NCBI GenBank assembly: GCA_052327205.1
Contig: CM126208.1
Location: 255,440,001 to 255,504,000, forward strand
Direction: 5' to 3'
Origin: Somniosus microcephalus
Taxonomy: Eukaryota
Length of the DNA: 64,000 nucleotides
Numbering within the stretch: position 1 is the stretch's first letter; the number at the start of each line of letters is the position of its first letter. The notes beneath the pieces were generated by a model. The model had not been told where the DNA came from and searched no databases. It saw only the letters and a program-made list of their open reading frames with translations. Shown in pieces: positions 23,819 to 34,800 of the stretch. The position numbers and the translations under genes were made by a program.

Positions 23819-25584
23819 ACATTGCATTTAGCTCTGGGCTCCAAAATGTTCTCTACTACCACCATTATAAATTGCCAGGAATACTCCAGACAGAGCGTTT
23901 ATTCAACTTTGTAATGCAATTTCAGATTTGAATAAAAAGCAGTAAAAATTATCAGGGAAAATATTCCATTTTCACAAGTTTATTTATTGCTATTATAGAT
24001 TTTATTCAAGAAATGCTTTAATTCAGCTGCACTCCAGTACATTTAGTTCCATAATGGAGTACAAGGAAATGTGTGCTTAGAAATCAGAAACTTTAAAAGA
24101 AAAAAAATGCAATATATTACATAACGATGTGCTTGTACCCACTTTTGTTTGTTATCTCAGCCACACTCCTTAAAGGTTTATTCCCAACCACGTGTAGTTG
24201 CGGCCTTGTCGGAAGTTGTCGCCGTGTCATTTTGGGAGCCTTGTTCATTTTCAGTGAACCGCAAGATAAATCAATGATAAATGCTCGTCAGGTACCACAC
24301 GGTGCATCTGTGGTATTTTGTCCAGCCCCTGAGGATTGATTTGAAAAAAATTAGAATATTTCGAGCTATATCAGTAGCGGCACTGAATGGAATCCCTGGT
24401 CATTTGATAATAAAAGGCTGTGCAACAACATTATACTGACTCGGTTCATGCTCGTCCACTGTGAATGCTTCCGTGCTAGAACGAGAAGTCACAGAGCAAT
24501 TGGCCGTTATTATATTAATGCAGATGTATTTATTCTGGCACATACGCTACCAGTAAGCAAACCCAACATATCCGTGGACTTTTCAGGACGTGATCATTCG
24601 TTTTATCATTATTCCAAAACGGACCAAGATTTAGCACAGGCATAATTCTGCTTAGGCTTTGCAATAGAGTCATTAGTGCCGACGATTAAAGGCCAGTCAC
24701 TAAACGACTTGCCATTTTACTGGGATTTCTCACCATCGTTACCAAGTAGCAATCTCTTGAGCTCACCCGAAAGCATCGGGGGGTTTTTTTTTGTCCGTTG
24801 TATGTAAATTACTCAAAGATCTACCAAAAACCAACCAGATATAAAAAGGTGTTGTTGACTAGTTTGGTGTCTTCCAAGTGAATGTTGCCTTTTGACCTGT
24901 TGTCCGGTGTCAGTTGCATCCTGTGCCGCAGGAGACAGGTTTTAATTGAATAATTGCTCCAGTGAAGTCAAATCATCCAGACTTTAACTTGATCATTTCT
25001 GAACATTTTAAGAACTTAGCCTCAATTATATCGTAAATTTCATTATACATATCGCTTCTTCGTCTGACGTGTAACTTCTGGGGAAAGAATCCCTGCTAAT
25101 ACCTGGGGAAAAAACATACATTAGCATTTAAATTATAATTGATGTCTTTAACAAAATACCGTCTAAATAATTTGATATTGCCGTTGCAGTTGGAAATATA
25201 GAGGACACGCAACAGCCACAAGCCACGTTTTAAATGCATTCATTAAATCATAACACAAAATAAAACGGTGACTAATTTACCAAGGTAATGAAATCCCTAT
25301 AAATCTCCCAGCAGGTAGCCGGAGTAATTTCCTGCAATTTTACTTGAAAAAAATAGTAAATTGAACTGCTGATGGATCCTTTAAAAAAAAAATTGTTTAA
25401 TGTGCCTTCGTGTTCTTTCTCGAGTTCTGAAGCTGCTATCAGTTCATTCCGTTTAAAAAAAATGTTTTTGCGATTGTGCCGCCTGCTGTACAATTTGTAC
25501 CTTTCCTGTACTGGTTCGGAAATGGCCAATGCTTTCAGTTTGAATGCATAGTTCATTCAGTATTGTCCTTTCGGTAACTATCCG

Positions 25585-25690
25585 TACATTACAACCGTGA
25601 CTACACTGCAAACGCACTCCATTGGCTGTAAAGCGCGTTGGGGGCGTCCGGAGGGTGTCAAAGGCGCTATAGAAATGCAAGTTCTTTATT
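25585..25690 (+). mobile_element. DeuSINE tail fragment
   Basis: ACATTACAACCGTGACTACAC...ATTGGCTGTAAAGCGC...AAAGGCGCTATAGAAATGCAAG. Confidence 0.7.
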
Positions 25691-28169
25691 GGGGGTCTCT
25701 GTCTCTAGATTTGCGAAAACCTCAAACGCATTTCACGTCGCTCCACTCGGAGAGAGAGTGTCCCCACCCATTCCAGTAACTATGCAACTTGTGCAATGAA
25801 TTCGCGTTCTATTTTAGCAATGCCTTTAGCAAGTCACTGCTGGTTCCCAATCTCGGAACGGTAACATGTTTGAGAAATGGGGCTTGAGTAACTTCAGCCT
25901 CCCAGGTGGGTGGCTGTTGGATGTGAAACAACTGATAGGGTCGGTTATGAATTAGCCCCGATTCGTTTCTGTCCCTTAACAAAAAAAAAAGACAAAACGG
26001 TCAGTTTATGAATAATTCAGTTCCTCGAAAATACCCGGAGTGACAAGAGAGCTGCGGTGTGTGTGTGAATAGGTTCTGGTGTCTCGATAGAAAGGAAACG
26101 AAAAGTTTGCAAAAACCATTATCTCACACAAAGAAAATAAAAAGTCATGTTTGAATTCAGACGCGGTTTTTGGGTTTCGGCTGGTATCTTACCCCGATAA
26201 CCCTCGAGTAACTGAACTGTGCCGGTGTCCCCGCGAAGCTGCAGTGCACAATATCCCCTGCTCACTGGCAGGAAAGAAGCGGATCTTCTCTGAAACGCCC
26301 ATTAACCACGAGCTGGATCAGTTGGTGGAAAATACCTTCTCTTTTTCCACATTGATCAACTCATAGGGAGAAAGAACGGACTCTGAGATCTCCTTTTGCC
26401 TAGTACTCACACCGGTGCGAGATTAAGATTCTTTTTAAATTTATATATTTAATTGCTGCTGTTGTACGTGAAGCTAATCCTTCGACACTTACATACAAAA
26501 CCCCACCTGTTTGCACTTTTAACAAGTAATATTTTTGATACCATCTATTGGGTCGTGTTAAATTGCCTTTTAAGTGGGCCCGACCAAGTGATATCATTGA
26601 TTTATTAAGTATTAATACCGGACAAGTTGCTGAGCCTCACCTCTCCTGTGATAATCAAATAGTGCTGCCAAATAAAACAGGAGACTTACGGCGAGCCATT
26701 CTCGTGTTAACATTGCGACAGGAAGGTCTGACACTAATGATAAAAAAAAGCCTTAAATGCTGCATGACGTTATTACAGTTACGGGCAACACGAAGCAATG
26801 TTACGAATGGTCGCATGTCCATTGCAAACTTTTATGTTCTGGGAAAGTTGTCCGCCAATGTTCCAAGATCCTGTAATAAATTAAGAAATAATATTAATTC
26901 ACCGCAAAGGCGCCGCACACCGAATATTGATTATACAGTCACAAAATAACGGGACAAAATATTGGGACTTTTAAACAAATTGCATTGTTCATTCGAGTGT
27001 TTTGCAATGTGGAGTAAATTATACTGGGCGTTATTTTGCTACATGTCGGTAAGGAAATGCGGTTGTGATGATTGTGTGATTTTCAAATGTTACCCTTGTC
27101 TTGTCCGCTGGAGCTGGAAATACTGCCCTGTGCGCCCCTTCACTCCCATTCCATCATCTCAGTCCCCTTTACCGGGACAACCAGGAAAACAATACAACTG
27201 GGATAGAATGAAAAGCAGGAACTGTCTTCGCAGGTCGTAAACCTGAGCAGCGATTAAAATGACCCACCAGGGACTAACATAACCCCCAACGTTTATTTAA
27301 ACTAAGATTTAAGTGACATCGTCCCTTTATTAGTGAGGGGGGTGGGGGGGGGGGGCTCCCTTAACCAGAAAACCCAAGGAAAAAATATGGCTTTTGAAAA
27401 CATAATTCATCTACAAGGCACATTCTTTGGTATTAAAATGAGACTTTAGGTAAGTATTGCAGACTGAGCAGATTCCGACATACTCCGGGTGTGATCTGAA
27501 TGTATTTGTCCCACAGCAGATGCAACAATTGTCTTCCCCACAAATGCATTCAATTCTGTGAAAAACATAAGGCTTGATATCGGCACGGATCTTATCTTAA
27601 CATAGTCTTCTTCGAGGGTAACTGGGATGGTTATCAAATCGATCATAACTCCGCTTTTGGGACTGTGAGACATTCACTTTCCGGGGCCGAATGCTGATAG
27701 TATGATCGCCACGGATCCCTCCGATAATTCTGCGCATTAATTACTTGTGTGCAGCGGGACTGAGGAAAGGGCTTTCCAGCAGCTTCTGTTTTCAGATTTT
27801 TCCAGCATCTGCGGCGTTTAGCCTTTTTGTTCCAATACTACATTGCTGGCTTGTGATCGAGAAGAACACCGATTAAATGTTCACTTACTGAAAGACAGCT
27901 AACAATCGCTGGAAAAAATGGTGAAGCGTGCCCCCCCCACCCCCTCAATTGTTATTATGGCGCTGGCAGTTCCAAGTGAACGCTGCTTAAACATGTGATA
28001 CCGCCAAATATTTAGGCGAGTTTGTGGCAATCTGCTTGTAGTCGCTTTCGAAAATCAGTGTAAAACAAGTTGTTGGGAAGCAGGCAGTGAAGAACTAATT
28101 GAAACAAAATATCCGTCTGTGTATGTTTAAAATTCCGAGCTTAACACCAGAACTGCGATGTTTGAAACG

Positions 28170-28686
28170 AATAAGGGGTGGGCCATTTGGGACTGAGATG
28201 AAGAGGAATTCTTCACTCAAAAAGTTGTGAATCTTTGGAATTCTCTACCCCCGAGGGCTGTGGAGCCTCAGTCCTTGAGTGGATTCAAGGCTGAGATTGA
28301 TAGATTTCTGGACTCTCTTAAGGGAATCAAGGGATATGGGGATCAGACGGGAAAGTGGAGTTGATAGCAAAATACTGCAGATGCTGGAAATCCGAAATAA
28401 CAACAGAAAATGTTGGAATAACTCAGCAGGCCAGGCAACATCCGTGGAGAGAAAAAAAGAGTCAACCTTTCGGGTCAAACCCGACCAGACAAAGTTGACA
28501 AAAGGGTTTGGCCCCAAACATTGACTCTATTTTCTCTCCACCGATGTTGCCTGGCCTGCTGAGTTTTTTCCAGCATTTTCTATTGTTATTAAAGTGGAGT
28601 TGAGGTCGATGATCAGCCATGATCTTATTGAATGGCGGAGCAGGCTGGAATGGCCGACTCCTGCTCCTAATTCTTATGTTCTTATG
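28170..28686 (+). mobile_element. CR1 3' fragment interrupted by a Penelope hairpin
   Basis: GAGATGAAGAGGAATTC...TGGAATTCTCTACCC ORF2 end; 3' UTR resumes at 28591. Confidence 0.8.
28365..28590. mobile_element. Penelope-like terminal fold-back insertion
   Basis: Imperfect inverted repeat of the same family; exact 13-bp TSD AAAGTGGAGTTGA (28352-28364, 28591-28603). Confidence 0.8.
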
Positions 28687-28869
28687 CTACCAGGATATGT
28701 CGGATCATGTCCTTCTCTGTGGGGACAGATGGCCAAGATAGAGAAGAAGCAGAACGTAAACAGGCAACAACTGCAATCTAACCATTTCAACCACGCTGCT
28801 ATACTTTGTATCTGATTAAAGTGTATGCAATGTCTTCTCCAACTAAGAATCCAACTCGCACATATTGTA

Positions 28870-29472
28870 CAACAACAGAAAATGCTGGAAAAACTCAGCA
28901 GGTCAGGCAACATCCGTGGAGAGAAATTTGAGTTGACGTTTCGGGTTGAAACCCTTCTTCAAACCTGGAAAGAAAAGAAAATAGATCGAAGGCAAGGCTG
29001 CGATCGAACAAAAGAGACAATAAAAGGTATTTGAAGCCAGACCAGATGGTAATAGGCCCGTGGAGACAAAAGGCAGCTGAGATTAGGTGTGAAGTGTACT
29101 GGCAGGTAAGAGGCAGCTGCCAGGTGAGAGAGAGAAACAAAAGGAGAGGGGGGGAGGAAAGGGAGGACCCAAAACAAAGGGGTGGAAAAAATTATAAGTA
29201 AAAAAGTAATAGGGGCCGAGGTTATGATCTGAAATTGTTGAACTCGATATAGAGTCCGGAAGGCTGCAGAGTGCCTAATCGGAAGATGAGTTGCTGTTCC
29301 TCGAGTTTAAGTTGAGCTTCCGTGGAACAATACAAGAGGCCAAGGACGGTGAGGTCCTAGTGGGAATGGAGCGGTGAATTAAAATGTCAGGCGACCGGAA
29401 GCTCGGGGTCACCCTTACGGACTGAACAGAGGTGTTCCGCAAAGCGGTCACCCAATCTGCGTTTGGTCTCCC
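28870..29472 (-). mobile_element. Penelope-like retroelement 3' fragment: GIY-YIG endonuclease C-terminus, 3' UTR and hammerhead-like terminus
   Basis: 29472-29222 translates to GETKRRLGDRFAEHLCSVRK...HFNSP...LEEQQLIFRLGTLQPSGLYIEFNNFRS* with two internal stops; followed by the same terminal sequence as the hairpins. Confidence 0.85.
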
Positions 29473-30487
29473 TGCACATAGAATAAATCATAGTTCGCCC
29501 AATAACAGTTCAGAGGGGGAAAAACACCTTTACATGTCAAAGCCTGGGCAAAACAGGGATTTCTTAGTTGCCTCCTAGAATTTCCCTTTCAGAGTTGCTG
29601 CTTGCACTGCCAGGTTAATGCTGAAGATCACGAATTTTGAGGATCTTTCAAAAGTTTTAAATGCTTACATCAGTTTCAACCTCCGTGCAAATTTACACTG
29701 TATCGCTCTGGTCGGGCGAATGATGTGCTCCTTTATAATTGTGCATGTGCATATGTCGATGTGGCGGCCCCTGTGAGGTGTTGGGTTTATGTGTACTTTC
29801 ATATTTGCAAAAGATGCTCTTGCAAATAGAGGTTGTTCAAAGTGTGAACTGGAATGTCATTTTATTCCATTAGTCTGAAGCGTAATACAAGCCCCGGGAC
29901 ATCATTGACATGTTGACGGCCCGTATCACCAAGGGATTAGAATCGTTTACAACAGTAGTTCACGCAACTTTGGCGAGGACTGTTGTAAGTGAGAAGTGTG
30001 CTTCAATACTTCCCACAGTCCGATCAGGTAGCTGTCGCTTCTTTTCGGGCACGTTTAGCTGCCAGTTGATCATTTCGTAAGTAAGGATTTAGGCGGAACA
30101 ATCTGCAACTGATAAAAGTTCCACATCGTTTTTCAGCTGGACACGGAGTTACCTAAAATATTAAATTCTGTAACTGGAGTGTTTAAAATACAAAATATTA
30201 ACTGGAAGATCGGTCCATGCTACTATCAGATGTCGATCTGATTTCAATACGAGTATCTGCAATGTCTACCAATCTTCTCACCGAATCTCTCATTTTTCAA
30301 CACTGCAGCCACAGTGCTGTGGGGAGGGGAAGTAAATCTGGAAAAGGTGCAGTTATTGATGAGCTATAGAGTAAAAAAAGAAAATATTTCATGACCAACA
30401 GATTAAAGGTAGTATGGTATAACAAAATGCTTTTAAATCATGTATGTTTAAGATTGATATAAACCCTGTTACATATAACGTGTTATG

Positions 30488-31196
30488 GAGGTCCTTGTAC
30501 ATGAATCACAAAAAGTTAGCATGCAGGTTGCAGCAAGTAATTAGGAAGGCAAATGGAGTGTTGGCCTTTATCACAAAGGGAATGGAGTCTTGCTACAACT
30601 GTACAGGGCGTTGGTGAGACCACACCTGGAGTAACTGCGTACAGTTTTGGTCTCCTTATTTAAGGAAGGATATATTTGCATTGGAGGCAGTTCAGAGAAG
30701 GTTCACTAGGTTGGTTCTGGAGATGAAGGGGGTTGACTTATGAAGAAAGGTTGAGCAGGTTGGGCCTATACTCATTGGAGTTTAGAAGAATGAGAGGGGA
30801 TCTTATTGAAACATGTAAGATTCTGAAGGGGCTTGACAGGGTAGATGCAGAGAGGATGTTTCCCCTCGTGGGGGAATCTAGAACTAGGGGGCATAGTTTC
30901 AGAATAAGGAGCAACCCTTTTAAATTGGAAATGAGGAGGAATTTCTTCTCTCAGAGGGTCGTGAATCTTTGGAATTCTCTTCCCCAGAGAGCTGTGGAGG
31001 CTGGGTCAATGAATATATTTAAGGTGGAGATAGACAGATTTTTGAACGATAAGGGAGTCGAGGGTTATGGGGAGCGGGCAGGGAAGTGGAGTTGAGGCCA
31101 AGATCAGATCAGTCATGATCTTATTGAATGGCGGAGCAGGCTCGAGGGGCCAAATGGCTTACTCCTGCTCCTACGTCTTATGTGTTATGTTCTTAT
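30488..31196 (+). mobile_element. CR1 3' fragment
   Basis: TYEERLSRLGLYSLEFRRMRGDLIET...GYGERAGKWS* plus 3' UTR; frameshifts upstream. Confidence 0.9.
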
Positions 31197-31784
31197 ATAT
31201 ATTTGGATAAGGGCACAGATTGCTCAAGTTGGCTGACTGAACTCCATCTCATAAATGAGAAACAAAATGGGGACTGATAAAGTTCAGATCAATGAGAAAC
31301 CGTAGCAGCAGATTTGCTTATAAGTAGACTGCGTATGTGTAGCATAATATCCTGGTCATGTGGTGCCAGGTTCAGCTGCCATTGCAGTCTGCCTGGTCTC
31401 AGGCGATTTGAAAAATGGTTCAGTCTGAAAAGGTTATGTTAACTTCCAAGCTTCTAAGGATACATTTTTCAAACCAGGTTTTCTTTTTTTGGGACTATTG
31501 CCAACAGCGTATTGGCTCAAACATTTCAGGGTAAACAAACATCAGTGACTATGTGGGGCAATGAGAGGGGAATCTGGGTTTTGTTGAATTGGGCTCAAGT
31601 CCATTGCCTTAGTGTTCTGCTCTGGGGTTTAGGGAAAACAGTTGCTGATTCTTCATAACTTTGAGGAAACTCTCAAGTTGTTTCTGGCCTGCATTTTTGG
31701 ATTTTGCATGCTGGTCCCAGGCTGACAAATATAATTTAGCTTAGTCCAGCCTACTTGGGTATTTCTTCATGTGTTCTGGCTTTT

Positions 31785-31873
31785 CTACATTACAAGTGAC
31801 TACATTTCAAAAAGTACTTCATTGGGACGTCCAATGGTCGTGATAGGCGCTATATAAATGCAAGTCTTTCTTT
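31785..31873 (+). mobile_element. DeuSINE tail fragment
   Basis: ACATTACAAGTGACTAC...GGCGCTATATAAATGCAAGTCTTTCTTT. Confidence 0.65.
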
Positions 31874-34800
31874 ACTCTTTTCTGAATAATTTTATGCTTT
31901 GTCTTTTATACATTTCCAACTACATATTGGTACGATCATTACTGGGTGTTTTGTATTGTGATTTGGGTTACCATTTGGAAATGATCATTGTGTTTTATTC
32001 CTTTGATTATTCTAGTTCAATGTTTTAATTTCATCTATTTTAACTCTTATTAAAATCTTTAAAAGGTATAAATTGTTTTTTCTCCAACTTGGCTGTCCAA
32101 CCCCGCACCTCCCCCCCACAATTTGTTTTCTATTCCTGACATTAGCAAACAATATATTGAATATTCAGTGATATTGTTTGATTTTGCTATGGGAGATTTG
32201 GGAATGTATAATGTTTCCTGGGTTGTAGTTTTATAATTTTTAATTTTTATGGGTAATTTCATGTGAGTTTATATACAATCTACTTACGGATGTGGTAATA
32301 AATCAGGTTTCCACCAATCTCTCGCAATTTGGTTGCTTCCTTTGATGTGAAAGTACAGCTGAGCCATGGCAAGTACATAGCTCCCCCACTCCCACCCAAA
32401 AAACTCCTGAGACTAGTTTTCCAAGTGATTGGAAAGATACATTAGAATTCTATACCGGAATCAGGAAACTCTGGACTCTGCTGCATCATAGTATGACAAT
32501 ACTGAAATACTTTAATTGTTGCACTTGATTTATGCATTTTTATGTATGATTTGCACATTTTCTGACACTGAATTTTAAATCCGTGATCCTTTACCTTATT
32601 TTGGCATAAAAACTAGATTTAAAAGTTTAAATAATTTAACTTTTATTTGCAAGTTTTATCTTGAACCGATACACATTCCACATCCATATATTAAAACCAT
32701 TTAGTTGTGCAGTTTGATCTTATTTGAATGCGCTTTCAGTCTTTGTTAAGAATTTGGATCGTATAACATTTACTTTTGAACCAACTCAATTATTGGCATC
32801 TAATTATGTTGACGTGTCCATCTAAAAACTAGATGACTTTACCATGGCAATGCAAGGCATCGTTCCAAATCTGTGACATGATTGATTCAGTTTTGTATGA
32901 AAATTATTTTCTGTAGATTTTTTGGTGTGATGTGGTTTATACATCATCTTGATAGAAAAGTAGCAGGATAACTGGGGAATAAAGCTGGCAAACAAATGGT
33001 GCATTGAATTTTGGCAAGCCCTGTGAGGTCACCTTGAGGAGGTTTTTTTCAGTGTTAGCAAATAAAGGTACTGTTGGTTCTTTGCTCATACTAAAAAATG
33101 AATTGACATTTGGATGCTTGTGGGTGGAGCATGAATAGAGGGCGGCTTTCCTGATCAGAGCACGGTGGATTTGACACTACAACTCAGCACTGATTTCTCT
33201 GCACCGCTTTATGCAGATACCTATAAACCAGCATGTTAACAAAATGATGAGGACTTGCTATTGTTCTCTGTTTATAAAAGACAACTTTTTCTGGTCTACG
33301 TATTCTGATTCAAGTCAAATTGAAAAACTTCATCCAGATACTATGGTTGTAAACATTCAGGAAAGCTCCCCAGCCTGCCACACAAGAAAAAAAATCATAT
33401 TTATTATATATTTATGTATTTTTCAGACTTTTGTTATTTGAACCGTGTATTTTGTCACCTAAAGTTTTCTTATGTTACCTGCATCTTTAGTTACTTCTAA
33501 GAGACATTATGAATGAAAGTGGTGCCCCGTGTGATTTCTTCAAAGAAGATGTCATATTTTAAATTTGGAATATAATTAACATATCCTGCAGCAGCACTGA
33601 GATGTAATTAATATTTTCACTGTTGATGCAGACTAAATTTAATTTCAACTTCCATTGTAAGTTATTAAATCCACCTCCAGCGTTGAAAACACAACGTGCC
33701 ATTTTTCCACCGGCCATAACACAAATTCTTTATTCTTCCCACTGCCTTTCCTCCCACTGGTCTAGAAAATGAAATAAAAGTGAAATAATGTTACCGGTGT
33801 TTTGTATATTCCTCATCTTGCCAATACGCAAGAAGTGTTTACTATCTGTTAGGGGCTTCTTCCTTTTTAATCCTCTTGGAATGAAAAGCACACCTTGTTT
33901 TACCATTCAGAGTTTAGTATCAGTTGGTACATCACTCAAATGCTAAATGTAGTATAAAATACACAAAGCATTGTTAAGTTTATAGTGCTAATGTTGAAAA
34001 TTACTGTCAACACAAGTAGAAGAAAATATGTTGTGATTTTTGCCCCCCATGGGAACTAAGTGGGCGCAGGAGCAGGAGAAATTCTCTTGTGTTGCTTTAC
34101 TGCAATTTTAATGTTAGACAATATTATTTTGTGCAAAACAGCACAACGTTTGCAGCGATTGGGGACTTAGGTTACAAATCTTTCCATTTTCCAAACCTTG
34201 CATGTCACTATTCAAGATAATAGTGAAGGTCAAGCTATGAAATCTGCCGCAGTGCAATGGAGGATGCATTTAATATTGGTAGGAGAATCAAAGTGAACCA
34301 TGGAGGAAAGGAATCTTGTGATTTGACCCTTCGTTAAAATGCTACCACTGACATAGGTAGCTCATTGGAAATTACCGTAAAAGAGTTATTGTTTAATAAA
34401 CAAAAATTAAATAAGATACAGCATCTCCATTTTCAAAGTAACGTTCCACTTCACAAATTAAGAAATTAACCAATGAAAGATTCTCCCATTTTAACCCCCA
34501 GCAGGTCATTTAGTAATTCACATTTAATAGTTTATTTTAAATTAGATAACACTTACATCAAGTTCCGTTCAAAAAGGATACTGCAGGGTTAAATACTCTC
34601 ATTAACAGGTTCTTTAGAAGGACATCATCATAAACCATAAACTTCTATTCCAGTATTCTGGTTTTGAAAATTGACAGGGTCAGGAAAGAAAAAAACGCTT
34701 TTACCTTGCAAATCATATCCTGCATTTTTTTTTATTTATTCCATATGACAAAATAGTAACCTAGACTAAGACATCCATTTCAATCAGTAGATGTGTCAAG

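Noticed and set aside
29802-29828. 9-bp inverted repeat TATTTGCAA-N9-TTGCAAATA, octamer-like
   Set aside because: Short enough to occur by chance and not an exact octamer.
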